Shown: piece by piece, positions 52,509-63,059 of the stretch | Layout of the letters: every line of letters begins with the position of its first letter | Position numbering within the stretch: the first letter of the stretch is position 1 | Source: an uncultured Methylomirabilota bacterium | GTDB taxonomy: Bacteria > Methylomirabilota > Methylomirabilia > Methylomirabilales > 2-02-FULL-66-22 | DNA length: 64,000 bases | NCBI GenBank assembly: GCA_963845565.1 | Contig: CAWJSJ010000004.1 | Span: forward strand, 160,001 to 224,000 | Reading direction: 5' to 3' | Notes under the pieces: model-generated | The model's database searches: none | Told to the model about the DNA's origin: nothing | What the model saw: the letters and a program-made list of their open reading frames with translations, nothing else | Program-made: the position numbers and the translations under genes

Positions 52509-53222
52509 TCAGTGCGCCCCCCCAAGATAGGCGTTCAATAGCTGCCCTTCATCCTTGATGGCCTTCGGTGTTCCTTGCAAGACGATGCGACCCACCGAGA
52601 GCAGGTAGGCGTAGTCGCTGACCGACAGCGCGAGATTCGCGTTCTGCTCGATCAGCAGGATCGTGGTGCCCTGGGCATTGACCTCCTGGATCCTCCGGAA
52701 GATGTCCTCGACCACGATGGGCGCCAGTCCCAGCGACGGCTCGTCCAGCATCAGGATCTTGGGCTGGATCATCAGGCCCCGACCGATGGCCAGCATCTGC
52801 TGCTCGCCGCCGCTGAGCGTGCCCGCCAGTTGTGCGCGGCGCTCCGCCAGCCGGGGGAACAACGCGAAGACGCTTTCCATCTTCTGGGCCACGGTGCGGG
52901 CGTGGAAGTTGGTGTAGGCTCCCATCTTCAGATTCTCGATCACCGTAAGGCCGGGAAACGCTTGCCGCCCCTCCGGGACGTGGGACACGCCGGCCTTCAC
53001 GATCGCATCCGTCCGCATGGTATGAAGCCGGCTGCCATCGAGGATGATGGTGCCCGACAGGGGACGCAGGAGTCCGGAGATCGCCTTGAGCGTGGTGGAC
53101 TTGCCCGCACCGTTCGCCCCGAGCAGGGTGACGATCTTGCCGTCCGGAACCTCGATGCTGATCCCCTGCAGGACGGGCGCGACCCCCCCATAGGAGACGA
53201 CGAGATCTTCGATCTTAAGCAC
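52509..53222 (-). CDS. Branched-chain amino acid ABC ATPase (LivF-like)
   Basis: GANGAGKST, LSGGEQQML and DEPSLGLAP. Confidence 0.92.
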   Translation of the reverse strand: MLKIEDLVVSYGGVAPVLQGISIEVPDGKIVTLLGANGAGKSTTLKAISGLLRPLSGTIILDGSRLHTMRTDAIVKAGVSHVPEGRQAFPGLTVIENLKMGAYTNFHARTVAQKMESVFALFPRLAERRAQLAGTLSGGEQQMLAIGRGLMIQPKILMLDEPSLGLAPIVVEDIFRRIQEVNAQGTTILLIEQNANLALSVSDYAYLLSVGRIVLQGTPKAIKDEGQLLNAYLGGAH

Positions 53223-53985
53223 GCGACCCCCCTGTTCCGAGGTAGGCCTCGATGACCGCCTGGTCCCGCTGAATCTCGGCGAAGGTGCCCTGCGCGATCT
53301 TCTTGCCGTAGTTCAAGACGAAGACCCGATCGCTCAATCCCTCCACGAAGGCCATCTCGTGCTCGATCAGGAGGACGGAGACGCCCGTATCGCGGATCTT
53401 GCCGACCAGCTTCATGAGCTGCGCCTTTTCGGCGCTGTTCAGCCCCGCCGCCGGTTCGTCGAGCAGGAGGAGCTTCGGTCGGGCCATCAGGGCCCGCGCG
53501 ATCTCCAGGACCTTCTGGCGGCCGTACGGGAGGTTTTTCACCAGTTCGTCCCGGAACGGCCGCAGCCCCACGAAGTCGAGCATCTCGTCAATACGCGCCG
53601 CGATCGCTCCCTCCTCCGCCCGCGTCTTGGCCGTGCGGAGGAGCACATCCCACAGGCCCGACCGGGTATGGATGTGCCCGCCCAAGCGCACATTGTCGAA
53701 GACGGAGAGGGGGAAGAGCAGCCGGATATTCTGAAAGCTGCGCCCGATGCCGAGGGCACAGATCTCGTGCGGGGCACGCCCCTGGATGGGCCGCCCATCG
53801 AAGGCGATGCTCCCCCCCGTCGGCTTGTAGATGCCGGTAATCAGATTCAAGACGGTCGTCTTGCCGGATCCGTTCGGTCCAATGAGTCCGCAGATTTCTC
53901 CGGCCGCTACGGAGAGCTCCAGCTCGTTGACGGCCAGGATACCCCCGAAGCGCTTGGTCAGCTGAGTCGTCGTCAGGAGGCTCAC
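53215..53985 (-). CDS. Branched-chain amino acid ABC ATPase (LivG-like)
   Basis: GPNGSGKTT, LPYG, DEPAAG and VIEAYLG. Confidence 0.92.
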   Translation of the reverse strand: MSLLTTTQLTKRFGGILAVNELELSVAAGEICGLIGPNGSGKTTVLNLITGIYKPTGGSIAFDGRPIQGRAPHEICALGIGRSFQNIRLLFPLSVFDNVRLGGHIHTRSGLWDVLLRTAKTRAEEGAIAARIDEMLDFVGLRPFRDELVKNLPYGRQKVLEIARALMARPKLLLLDEPAAGLNSAEKAQLMKLVGKIRDTGVSVLLIEHEMAFVEGLSDRVFVLNYGKKIAQGTFAEIQRDQAVIEAYLGTGGSRA

Positions 53986-54953
53986 CCTTGCACCTCATCC
54001 TTGCGAGCGGTTCCCGGAAAGAGCCTACGCCGCACGCGCCGCGCCAACCGCTGGAGGTTCTCGATGTTCAGCACCTTGGTGTACCGGAGCATGAGCAGCA
54101 GGATGAGCGCATAGACGATCAAGCGGTAGCGCGTCATGAAGCGCAGAACCTCCGGCAATGAGGTCACTGCAAACGCACTCAGAATGCCCCCGGTCACGCT
54201 CCCCATGCCGCCCAGCACGACCATGAGCAGGTAGGTCGAGCTTTCGTTGAAGGTGAAGGAATCGGGATTCAGGTACCCGGCCAGATTCGCGAAGAAGACC
54301 CCCGACAGGCCGGCGAGTATGGAGGAGATCACGAAGGCCAGCAGCTTGACGCGGCGGACATGCACCCCCATGACCTCGGCGGTCACCTCGTCCTCGCGTA
54401 TCGCCTTGAAGGCCAGGCCGATATGGGATCGGCTCAGGCGCAGCGTGGCGAACGACGCCAAATAGGCCACCACCAGCATGAAGTAGTACAAGGGGAGTCC
54501 GCCGAGGATCGTCGGGATACGGTTGAGGCCGAAGGGCCCCCCCGTGAATTTCTCGTTGTTCAGAATGAGGATGCGGACGATCTCGGAAAAGGCAATGGTG
54601 CTGACCGCCAGGAAAGGGCCGGTCAATTTGAAGGAGGGAATTCCCAGCAGGAGGCCGACCAGCCCAGACACCAAGGGAGCGATTGCCAGACTGACCCAGG
54701 GGGAGACCCCGTAGTTGACGCACAGGATGCCATACGCGTATGCGCCCACCGCCACCAAACCGGACTGCCCCAAGGAGAGCTGTCCGGTGTACCCGAGCAA
54801 GATGACGAGGCTCAAGACAACCAGCCCATTTTGCATCCCCCGCTCCAGGATGTAAAACTGGTAGGCCGGGAGCCCCGTGAGGGGGATCAGGGCGAGCAGC
54901 AGAAAGATGATCTGGATCGGTCCGAGGCGCTTCAGAGCGGCCAGCTTCGACAC
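53982..54953 (-). CDS. Branched-chain amino acid ABC permease (LivM-like)
   Basis: GYTGQLSLG, AIREDE and VVLGG; GAGG RBS before GTG. Confidence 0.9.
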   Translation of the reverse strand: MSKLAALKRLGPIQIIFLLLALIPLTGLPAYQFYILERGMQNGLVVLSLVILLGYTGQLSLGQSGLVAVGAYAYGILCVNYGVSPWVSLAIAPLVSGLVGLLLGIPSFKLTGPFLAVSTIAFSEIVRILILNNEKFTGGPFGLNRIPTILGGLPLYYFMLVVAYLASFATLRLSRSHIGLAFKAIREDEVTAEVMGVHVRRVKLLAFVISSILAGLSGVFFANLAGYLNPDSFTFNESSTYLLMVVLGGMGSVTGGILSAFAVTSLPEVLRFMTRYRLIVYALILLLMLRYTKVLNIENLQRLARRVRRRLFPGTARKDEVQG

Positions 54954-54963
54954 GGTGTCCTCC

Positions 54964-55851
54964 TCAGACCTTTTCCGAAATTTCCGCCGAGAAGATGCCG
55001 CGCGGCCGAAAGAGCAGGAACACGACCAGGATCGCAAAGATGAAGACATCCTTGTAGGTGGGGACCGCAACGGTGGCGAACACCACCTCGGCAATGCCGA
55101 CGATCACCCCCCCGACGAGCGCCCCCGCGAAACTCCCGAGGCCGCCGATGAGGACGGCCGCGAAGGCTTTCAGGGAGACCAGGCCGCCCATCTCCGGGAT
55201 GAGGGGAATGATGGGAGCGATCAGGACCCCCGCAAAGGCTGCCAAGCCCGTCGCCAGCAGAAACGTCAGCGCCACGAGCTGATCGACCCGCACCCCCATC
55301 AGCGAGGCCGTCACCTGCCGCTGAGCCACCGCGCGCATGGCGATGCCGATGATGGTCTTCTTCAGGAAGAGCTGCAGGAGGGCCACCAGCACCACCACGA
55401 TCACGATGTTATACGCGTAATAGGGCATGATGATGATCCGCCCGATGTGGATCGGAGCGTCTCCGAGGGGCGGCCCGAACCGCTGGGCGTGGGGCCCCCA
55501 CACGAGCAGGATCGAGTTGTGTAGTAGGACGGTGAGCGACACGGTGCCGATCACGATGATGTCCGGATGCAACCCCTGGGAGAACATGGGGAAGAAGTAG
55601 CCCCGGCTCAGCAGGTAGCCGGCCAGCCCCATGATCCCGACCGTGAGCGCGAAGGCGAGCGGGTACGGCAGGGCCCAATGCGCAAAGGTGGAGAGCATGA
55701 CGTAGCCCCCCACGGTCATTAGGTCGCCCTGCGCGAAGTTGAAGAGCCCCGACGCGCTCCAGATCAGGGAGATCCCGAGCGCCGCGAGGGCGTAGATGAG
55801 ACCCATATTCAGACCCTGGATGAGGATCTGGAGGAGGTTCTCGAATCCCAT
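54964..55851 (-). CDS. Branched-chain amino acid ABC permease (LivH-like)
   Basis: YALAALG, NFAQG, AMRAVA and AFAAVLIGGLGS. Confidence 0.9.
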   Translation of the reverse strand: MGFENLLQILIQGLNMGLIYALAALGISLIWSASGLFNFAQGDLMTVGGYVMLSTFAHWALPYPLAFALTVGIMGLAGYLLSRGYFFPMFSQGLHPDIIVIGTVSLTVLLHNSILLVWGPHAQRFGPPLGDAPIHIGRIIIMPYYAYNIVIVVVLVALLQLFLKKTIIGIAMRAVAQRQVTASLMGVRVDQLVALTFLLATGLAAFAGVLIAPIIPLIPEMGGLVSLKAFAAVLIGGLGSFAGALVGGVIVGIAEVVFATVAVPTYKDVFIFAILVVFLLFRPRGIFSAEISEKV

Positions 55852-55865
55852 GCGATTCTCCTGCA

Positions 55866-55899
55866 GAGCGGGCGGGCAGTCGAAACTGCCCGCCCGCTC
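55866..55899. other. Intra-operon stem-loop after the SBP gene
   Basis: GAGCGGGCGGGCAGT-CGAA-ACTGCCCGCCCGCTC. Confidence 0.6.
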
Positions 55900-55912
55900 C
55901 GGTCCTGGGCTT

Positions 55913-57076
55913 CTACTTTTCTGCGGGATAGGTCTCGCTCATCAACAAAACCCACTTGCCGTCTTTCCAGACCTGGGTGTGCATGTGATGCACCAGGTTG
56001 CCCTCTTTGTCGGCCGTGTACTGGGCCAGCACCCCCTTGTAGTCCAGCTTGGCAAGCGCCTCGCGGATCTTCTCGCGGTCGGTACCGACCTTCCCCACGA
56101 TGTCGGCGATGATATAGATGCTGTCGTAGTGGTTGACGTGGGTCGAGGAGATGATCTGCTTGAACTTCGTCTCGTACGTCTTGATGAACTCCTGGATCTT
56201 CGGATCGGGGTCGCCGGGGGAGAGCGTGGTGGTGACCACCATCCCCTCGAAGTTCTCCTTGCCCGCCAGGTCATACACGGACGGGACGCTGGCCGCCCGC
56301 TCGCTGAAGATGGGGATGTTCTTCATGCCCAGCTCCGACCGCTGCCGGGTGATCTTGCCGACCTCGGGGGTGTAGCCGTACAGGAAGATGGCATCCGCGT
56401 TGGACTTCTTGATCTCCAGGAGCTGGGCGGAGAAGTCCTGGTCGTTGTCGTTGTAGGTCTGCACCGTCACCGGCTTCAGATTGAATTTGGTCATGGCCGG
56501 CTCGGTGGCCACCCAGTTGGCTTTCGAGTAGTCGTTGAGGCCATAGATGACCGCCGGTCGTTTGATGTTGTACTTCTCGACCGCGGTCTTGACGAGGAGC
56601 GGGATCCAGTACTGGGACGAGATCTGCATCCGGAAGGTGTAGGGGTTCCCTTGCTTGGTGGTCTCGGCGCTGGTGGCGTCGGTGATGGCGGGGATCTTGG
56701 CCTCCTTCCAGAGCTTCTCCGCGGCCAGCACCCCTCCGCTCCGGTTCGGGCCGACGATCACCAGCGGCTCCAGGGAGATCGCCTTCTTGGTGCCCTCGAT
56801 CGCCCCGGCGGAGTTGGAGGTCTCGTCCACCTCGGTGTACTCGATCTTGAGCTGGCTGCCGTCCGGCAGCTTCACCCCGCCCTTGGCGTTGATCTCCTCG
56901 ACCGCCATCTTCGCCGAGTTGAGCATGTACATCCCGTACGACGAGGCACCTCCCGTGGTCGGCGAGAGGTGGGCGATCTTGATGCTCTTGGGCTTGTCCT
57001 GTCCGCAACCGGTCAAGGCGAGCGCCGCGATACAGACAACCATCGAGAGCCACAGCGACCACTTGTGCAGTTTCAC
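55913..57076 (-). CDS. ABC substrate-binding lipoprotein (LivK-like)
   Basis: LTGC lipobox; IKIAHLSPTTG, EEINAKGGV and DFSAQL. Confidence 0.88.
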   Translation of the reverse strand: MKLHKWSLWLSMVVCIAALALTGCGQDKPKSIKIAHLSPTTGGASSYGMYMLNSAKMAVEEINAKGGVKLPDGSQLKIEYTEVDETSNSAGAIEGTKKAISLEPLVIVGPNRSGGVLAAEKLWKEAKIPAITDATSAETTKQGNPYTFRMQISSQYWIPLLVKTAVEKYNIKRPAVIYGLNDYSKANWVATEPAMTKFNLKPVTVQTYNDNDQDFSAQLLEIKKSNADAIFLYGYTPEVGKITRQRSELGMKNIPIFSERAASVPSVYDLAGKENFEGMVVTTTLSPGDPDPKIQEFIKTYETKFKQIISSTHVNHYDSIYIIADIVGKVGTDREKIREALAKLDYKGVLAQYTADKEGNLVHHMHTQVWKDGKWVLLMSETYPAEK

Positions 57077-57111
57077 GTGTCGTCCTCCTGTGTCGGGTGA
57101 TGGGGAAAGAG

Positions 57112-58089
57112 CTAACCGGAAAAAGCCCGTTGGTTCACCCAGAACTTTGGCCGGCCTTCGGTCAGGGCACGTGCCACCTCCTGGGCGGCCTTCCGCCGCA
57201 ATTCCGGCATGGCGTCGTCCGAATACCAGGCGGTGTGCGGCGTGAGAACAACGTTGTCCATGGCGGCCAGGGCAAGCGGGAAGCTCGGAGGTTCGTCGGC
57301 CAGGACGTCCAAACCGGCCCCGGCGAGCCGACCCTCTTGGAGTACGGTCAACAAGTCGGCTTCGTTGATCAGGGGGCCGCGCGAGGTGTTGACCAGCACG
57401 GCCGTCGGCTTCATCAGCCCGAGGGTCGTCCGATTCAGAATCCCCTGCGTCTCGGCGGTCAGCGGGGCGTGGACGGACAGGAAGTCGACCGCGCGGAGCA
57501 GCTCTTCGAGGCTCGCAGCGCGCCGGACGTGCCGGGCCGCGAAGGCCTCCGCGGCAACATACGGATCGAAGGCGATGACCTCGAGCCCGAAGGCCTGGAC
57601 CCGCTTGGCCACCTGTTGAGCGATATTGCCGAAGCCGAACAGCCCATACAGCTTCCCCTGGAGGCGCGGTGCCGGCTTGGCCAGGTCGACGCTCCACTGT
57701 CCCCCTTTGACGCTCGCGTGCAAGCGTGGGATGTGTCGCACGCAGGCGAGGAAGAGCCCGACGGTGTGATCGGCGACCTCGCCCATGCAGTAATCAGGGA
57801 CGTTGGCCACCATGATTCGCCTGGCGTTCGCCGCCTCCAGATCGATCGTGTTGTACCCGATGCCCGTCCGTACGATCACGCGACACGTGGGCCAGGCGTC
57901 CAGGATCTCCTTGGTGAGCTGGACGTAGACGTTGATCGCCGCGTCGCACCGTGCCCCCTCCCGCTTGAGCGTGTCGGGGTCGGTCGTCGGGGCCAGCACG
58001 AACTCGGCGTCGATCCGGCGCAGCTCCTCCTGCTCGATCGTCGTGTCGGGGAAGATGGTGTCGGTCATCAGGACGCGGAACGTGTTCAT
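57112..58089 (-). CDS. D-2-hydroxyacid dehydrogenase (CtBP-like)
   Basis: NVPDYC.EVADH, GFGNIA, VNTSRG and TPHTAWYS. Confidence 0.92.
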   Translation of the reverse strand: MNTFRVLMTDTIFPDTTIEQEELRRIDAEFVLAPTTDPDTLKREGARCDAAINVYVQLTKEILDAWPTCRVIVRTGIGYNTIDLEAANARRIMVANVPDYCMGEVADHTVGLFLACVRHIPRLHASVKGGQWSVDLAKPAPRLQGKLYGLFGFGNIAQQVAKRVQAFGLEVIAFDPYVAAEAFAARHVRRAASLEELLRAVDFLSVHAPLTAETQGILNRTTLGLMKPTAVLVNTSRGPLINEADLLTVLQEGRLAGAGLDVLADEPPSFPLALAAMDNVVLTPHTAWYSDDAMPELRRKAAQEVARALTEGRPKFWVNQRAFSG

Positions 58090-58125
58090 CGGAACTCCTC
58101 CCTGTGGGGCCGGGGATCCTCCGCC

Positions 58126-58818
58126 TCACTTCTTGCGGGCGGTGAGGAAGGCCACGACGCTGTCGGCGGTCCGCTGGAGGTGCGCCTCGACGCGCTTCAC
58201 GGCCAGTGCGGCGTTTCCCTGACGATAGGCGGCCAGGATGCTGCGATGCTCCCGATGCGCGATCTCGTAGTGCTGCAGGACGCCCAGGCGCATCCGGAGA
58301 TAGCGGTCGATCAGGTTGCGCAGGTTGTTGGCGAAACGCAGGATGCGCAGGCGTCCGGACGGTCGATACAGCCGATCGTGGAATTCGCGGTTCAGCGACA
58401 GCCAGGCCACCGGATCGCGCTCCTGACTCATGGCCTGGATCAGTTCGGTGGTGCGGGCGAGATCCTCGGCCTGAAAGGCCGGGACGGCGTGATGTGTGAG
58501 GAGTTTCTCCAGCTGGATGCGGAGCTCCCAGAGTTCCTTGACTTCGGCCGCAGAGAGCCGGCTGACCCGAGCCCCCTTGCGCCGCTCCGTCTCGACGAGC
58601 CCCTCGGCCTCCAGGAGTCGCAAGGCCTCGCGTACCACCACTTCGCTCACGCCATAGCGCCGAGCGAGGTTGCGTTGGCGGAGGTACTCCCCCTCCTCGA
58701 GGCTGCCGGACAGGATGGTCTGGCGGAGGTCATCGGTGAGCATCTCGCTGATGGACTTGTAGGAGCGGTGGAGTGGGTGCGCGGGGTGGTGAGATTCCGG
58801 CTTGACGTGTGGGGGCAT
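58126..58818 (-). CDS. GntR family regulator (FCD domain)
   Basis: LARRYGVS..VVREAL, NREFH and EH..I. Confidence 0.9.
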   Translation of the reverse strand: MPPHVKPESHHPAHPLHRSYKSISEMLTDDLRQTILSGSLEEGEYLRQRNLARRYGVSEVVVREALRLLEAEGLVETERRKGARVSRLSAAEVKELWELRIQLEKLLTHHAVPAFQAEDLARTTELIQAMSQERDPVAWLSLNREFHDRLYRPSGRLRILRFANNLRNLIDRYLRMRLGVLQHYEIAHREHRSILAAYRQGNAALAVKRVEAHLQRTADSVVAFLTARKK

Positions 58819-59119
58819 TGTGCGCGTCCTGACCCGAGGCCTGGCATCGTCGGCACAGGCCGCTCACGGTGGCGATTGTGTATCATGAGCGATAATCGAT
58901 TGTCAATTACCAATATCGGAAAACGAACCGGGACACCTCCCGGCGCAACCCCTCTCGGTGCGCTGGAAGGCGTCTCCTCTCCGTCGGAACCCGGCATGAT
59001 CATGCCGGGCATCCGTCGTCTGCCTGGCATGCGCACACCTTGACACCTTACACGCACCGCAGTACCTTGCCCCATCCTCCGATCGAGGCTGATTCGACGA
59101 ACCGAGCGAGGGCCAGACG

Positions 59120-59728
59120 ATGCGATTCGAGCCGACCGCGCTGCCGGACGTGGTGGTCATCACGCCGGACGTCCACCGCGATCCTCGCGGATTCTTCCTG
59201 GAGACCTACCACCAAGGGAAGTACCGGGCGGGGGGGATCGGGGTGACGTTCGTGCAGGACAACCTCTCCCGGTCCGCGCGCGGCACGCTGCGCGGGCTGC
59301 ACGCGCAGCGGCGTCGGCCTCAGGGGAAGCTGATCCGTGTGGTGGAGGGGGAGATCTTCGACGTGGCCGTGGACATCCGGCGCGGGTCGCCGAGCTTCGC
59401 CGGTTGGGTCGGGGTGCGCCTGTCGGGCGAGACCTTCCGGCAGGTGTACGTGCCGCCGGGATTCGCCCATGGCTTCTGCGTGCTGAGCGAGACGGCGGTG
59501 GTCGAATACAAGTGCACCGAACTCTACGATCCCGCCGACGAGATCGGCGTGATCTGGAACGATCCGGACATCGGTATCCAGTGGCCGATCAGCGACCCGA
59601 CGCTGTCGGCCAAAGACGGGGCAGCACCCCGGCTACGGGAGGTGCTGGAGGCGTTGCCTGATTGCGATGCGACGCCGGGTCGGGGAACGACGAACGAGCC
59701 GCCGCGCCTCAGGCGAGATGTTCAATGA
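59120..59728 (+). CDS. rfbC: dTDP-4-dehydrorhamnose 3,5-epimerase
   Basis: [31 protein letters not shown] and YKC. Confidence 0.95.
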   Translation: MRFEPTALPDVVVITPDVHRDPRGFFLETYHQGKYRAGGIGVTFVQDNLSRSARGTLRGLHAQRRRPQGKLIRVVEGEIFDVAVDIRRGSPSFAGWVGVRLSGETFRQVYVPPGFAHGFCVLSETAVVEYKCTELYDPADEIGVIWNDPDIGIQWPISDPTLSAKDGAAPRLREVLEALPDCDATPGRGTTNEPPRLRRDVQ

Positions 59729-60839
59729 GGACCTTCAGGGCGATCCCGATCAGGATCAAACCGCCGGCGATCTCGATGCGATGCTGACCGATCCGCCGGA
59801 GTCGCTCGCTCGCCCCCGTCCGCGTCAGCAGGGGTGCGCAGACGATCACCGCGACAGCCGAGAACAGCACGACGACCGGAACGATGGCCAGCGCCCACTG
59901 GAATCTGACCAGGAACGCCTGGGCGCTGGTGAGCGCGGCGATGATCAGGACCGCATAGACCAACCGGGGGTCCAAACGTGCGTCGGCGTGGCCCGGCCGC
60001 ACCACGCCGTGGATCATCTTCCAGCCGATCCCGCCAAGCAGCACGAACGCAATCCAGTGGTCGAATGCCGCCAGGGGCTTGGCCAACCCCAGGCTGGCCA
60101 CCCAGGCGACCGCGAGAAGGAGGACGAACAGCGATTGCGGCACGCGAGCGGCACCGCCGACGGCGGGACGTTCCGGCGCCGCGCTGCGGCGGCGCCGGAC
60201 GAAGAGATAGTGGGCCGCACCCAGGGTGGCCACCACCAACCCGAACAGGACGACCGATCGGACGGCCAACGGCAGCATCGTCGCCAAGACGGCGGAGGCA
60301 CCCGCGAAGCCGAAGAAGATGAAGACGCCGGCCGACACGAGGCGAATCAGTGTGTCCGGCATCCGCTTGCCGAGGACGATGCCGATGCCGATGCCGATAC
60401 TGTCCGCGACCACCATTCCGGCGGTCGTGCCCAGGAGGACGGCGATCGGATCGGTGTACTTGACCGCCAAGCTGATGGTGGCGAGCTGGGTTTTGTCGCC
60501 GAGCTCGGCCAGGAAGAACGCGATGGCGACGGTGAGAAACGGGCCAAAGCTGGAGCGCTGCTGGTCCTCGCCTTCCAGTGTGTCGCCCCGGATGGTCCAG
60601 AGTCCAAAGAGGATGAAGGACAGGGCCGCCGTCAGCGAGATGACGTCCAGCGGAATGACGTTGGTGAGCAGGCGCCCGGCCGCGACCGCCAGGGCGTGGT
60701 TCAGGAGGGTGGCCACGAATACCGCCGACAGCACGGTCCGTGCCGGGAATCGCGTGGCAAAGGCCATCGCCAAGAGCTGGGTCTTATCGCCCATCTCGGC
60801 CAGGGTGACGAACAAGAGGGATGCGATAAACGCCGGCAT
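59709..60839 (-). CDS. GDT1/TMEM165 (UPF0016) cation transporter fused to a degenerate MntP-like domain
   Basis: Two ExGDKT motifs ([16 protein letters not shown]); C-terminal FDHWIAF..IGWKMI and [20 protein letters not shown]. Confidence 0.85.
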   Translation of the reverse strand: MPAFIASLLFVTLAEMGDKTQLLAMAFATRFPARTVLSAVFVATLLNHALAVAAGRLLTNVIPLDVISLTAALSFILFGLWTIRGDTLEGEDQQRSSFGPFLTVAIAFFLAELGDKTQLATISLAVKYTDPIAVLLGTTAGMVVADSIGIGIGIVLGKRMPDTLIRLVSAGVFIFFGFAGASAVLATMLPLAVRSVVLFGLVVATLGAAHYLFVRRRRSAAPERPAVGGAARVPQSLFVLLLAVAWVASLGLAKPLAAFDHWIAFVLLGGIGWKMIHGVVRPGHADARLDPRLVYAVLIIAALTSAQAFLVRFQWALAIVPVVVLFSAVAVIVCAPLLTRTGASERLRRIGQHRIEIAGGLILIGIALKVLIEHLA

Positions 60840-61339
60840 GTCGGACTGCTCCTCCGCGTGTGATGGCGTATGGAACGATCAGCGGGTGGCGGTAAGTGTG
60901 GCAGTGGACAGGTCAGGAATGGCTGGCCAGGGCTTCCCCGTGCGGCCGTCGGCGCGCGCGCCGTCCCGAGCGCTGAATACTCCCGCAGATACGTTACCAC
61001 GCGGCGAGATCGTGGGCTAGACATCGCCCTCGAAGGTCTGGCGAGCCGAACGTTATGAGACACGACATGATCCGTGTCGGACCCGACGAACCTTGACACC
61101 TGTCCCGTCTCCACAGTAACTTTAACCGGCCGCGGACAGGATCGTCACGCGAGTCCGTGTGTCCGAGGTTGGGGGTGCCGTGGAGGGAGGAGGCTGCCCG
61201 CTGGAGGGGCTCGGTGGTCACGGGGCGGCGAAACATCGGCACGACCGGCGGCGTATAGAGTGGGAGAAGGCTGCAACAAGTCAGGGGCGCGGCGGCGAGG
61301 CCGATCTCGGCGCCGCATTCTTGCGTGAAAGGAGCCACC

Positions 61340-62905
61340 ATGCAGCGATCGGGACGGATGGCGATTCGACGGGCGCTCACCGGCGCCCTGCTCTGCGGGC
61401 TGTTTCCGTTCGCGGCGGCGTCCGGGGGCGAGGGACAACCCCCGCTCGCGCTGGATCTGCAGGTCGCCCAGATGGGCACGGCGCAAACCCCGGCGCGCCC
61501 GGCGCCGGGGGTCATGGCGCTCTCCATGAAGGAGAGCATCGCGCTCGCCTTGAAAGGTAACCTGGACATCGCCATTGAGGGGTTCACGCCGCAGATCCGG
61601 GAGCAGGATCTGCTGTCGGAGAAATCGGTGTACGATCCGAGCGCCTTCCTGGAGGCGTTACGATCCGACAACAGATTGCCGGCCACGCTGAACCTCTTGA
61701 CGGGCGCGCGCGTGCTGAGCGACCTTTGGGATTTCAACACCGGCTTGCGGCAGAAGCTGCCGACGGGGGGCTCCTACGAACTGCGCTTCAACAACGAATT
61801 CCTCCGGGTGCCCGGTTCGGCCAGTGGAGACGGGTTTATCAGCAAACTTGCGTTGACCGTCACCCAGCCGCTGCTCCGGAACTTCGGGTTCGAGGCGAAC
61901 GAAACCGGAATCCGAATCGCCACCAACAACCAGTCGATCTCGCGGGAGCAGCTGCGGCTGAAGGTGAGCAGCATCACGACGCAGGTCCAGAACGCGTACG
62001 TGGAGTTGGTGTTTGCGATCCAGAACCTGGAAGTGCAGCGCCGGTCGCTGAAGCTGGCGCAGGACCTCATGACGCTGAACAAGGCCCGGGTGCGGGCCGG
62101 GGTAGCGGCACCGGTCGAGGTGACCCAGGCCGAGGCACAGGAGGCCGCGCGGGTGCAGGATGTGATCGTGGCGGAGAAGGCGGTGCGGGATGCGGAGGAC
62201 AGCCTCAAGGTCATCCTGAACATCCCGGGGTCGACGGGCTGGGGCCAGGAAATTCAGCCGACGTACAGCCTCAGCTTTGACCCGAAGCCGGTCAATCTCG
62301 AGGAGGCCATCCGGACCGCCCTGGATAGCCGATACGAGTACAAGAGCGCGAAGCTGGACATCGAGAACCGCGACCTCTCGGTCCGGCTGACGCGGAACCA
62401 ATTACTGCCGGATCTGGCGTTGGCCGGGAGCGTCTTCACGAACGGGTTTGGGGCGAGTTACGGAAGCAACATGGACGCGATGACGAGCGGAGACTTCGTG
62501 TCCTACTCGGTCGGGGTGGTGCTGACCGTTCCCCTGGGAAACCGATCGGCCGAGGCAAGCTATACCAAGGCCCGCTTGACAGCCGAGCAAGCCAAGACGT
62601 CCCTTAGGCAGCTCGAACTTCAGATTGTCCAGCAGGTGCGCGAGGGCGTACGCCGTGTGGAGGCGAACGCGCGGCGGGTCGACGCAAACCGGGCCGCGCG
62701 GATCTTGGCGGAGGAACAGCTCCGGGTCGAGCAGCGCCGCCTGGAAGCCGGGGTTACCACGACCTTCAACGTCCTGTCGTTCCAGCGCGATCTGGCCCAG
62801 GCCCAAGCGAGCGAGATTCGAGCCATCGCGGATTATTACAATTCGTTGGCAAATCTGGAAAGCGTGAGGGGGACCGTCCTGGAGGCAAACCAGATCGAGA
62901 TGTAA
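61340..62905 (+). CDS. TolC family outer membrane efflux protein
   Basis: Signal peptide; ALKGNLDI, TQPLLRNFG, NQLLPDL and AGVTTTFNVL. Confidence 0.88.
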   Translation: MQRSGRMAIRRALTGALLCGLFPFAAASGGEGQPPLALDLQVAQMGTAQTPARPAPGVMALSMKESIALALKGNLDIAIEGFTPQIREQDLLSEKSVYDPSAFLEALRSDNRLPATLNLLTGARVLSDLWDFNTGLRQKLPTGGSYELRFNNEFLRVPGSASGDGFISKLALTVTQPLLRNFGFEANETGIRIATNNQSISREQLRLKVSSITTQVQNAYVELVFAIQNLEVQRRSLKLAQDLMTLNKARVRAGVAAPVEVTQAEAQEAARVQDVIVAEKAVRDAEDSLKVILNIPGSTGWGQEIQPTYSLSFDPKPVNLEEAIRTALDSRYEYKSAKLDIENRDLSVRLTRNQLLPDLALAGSVFTNGFGASYGSNMDAMTSGDFVSYSVGVVLTVPLGNRSAEASYTKARLTAEQAKTSLRQLELQIVQQVREGVRRVEANARRVDANRAARILAEEQLRVEQRRLEAGVTTTFNVLSFQRDLAQAQASEIRAIADYYNSLANLESVRGTVLEANQIEM

Positions 62906-63059
62906 GAGAACGACCGGTACCCGGTTGAGAAGAGGGGGAAGCGCGCGGCAAAGTGCAACATCCCGGCCGGCGCTTCCCCCTTAGACGTTGGGGCCGCATT
63001 CTCCACCCGCGGGACGCCATGCGGTCGCCGTGCAACATGCGCCCCCGCGGATCTCGCCG

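Noticed and set aside
61030..61097. Possible yybP-ykoY Mn riboswitch upstream of the GDT1-MntP gene (AAGG…TCATAACG…CCAGACCTT on the minus strand)
   Set aside because: The context fits and the 3' AGACCTT resembles the family, but the 5' GGGGAGTAGC element is missing; it needs an Rfam cmsearch before being called.
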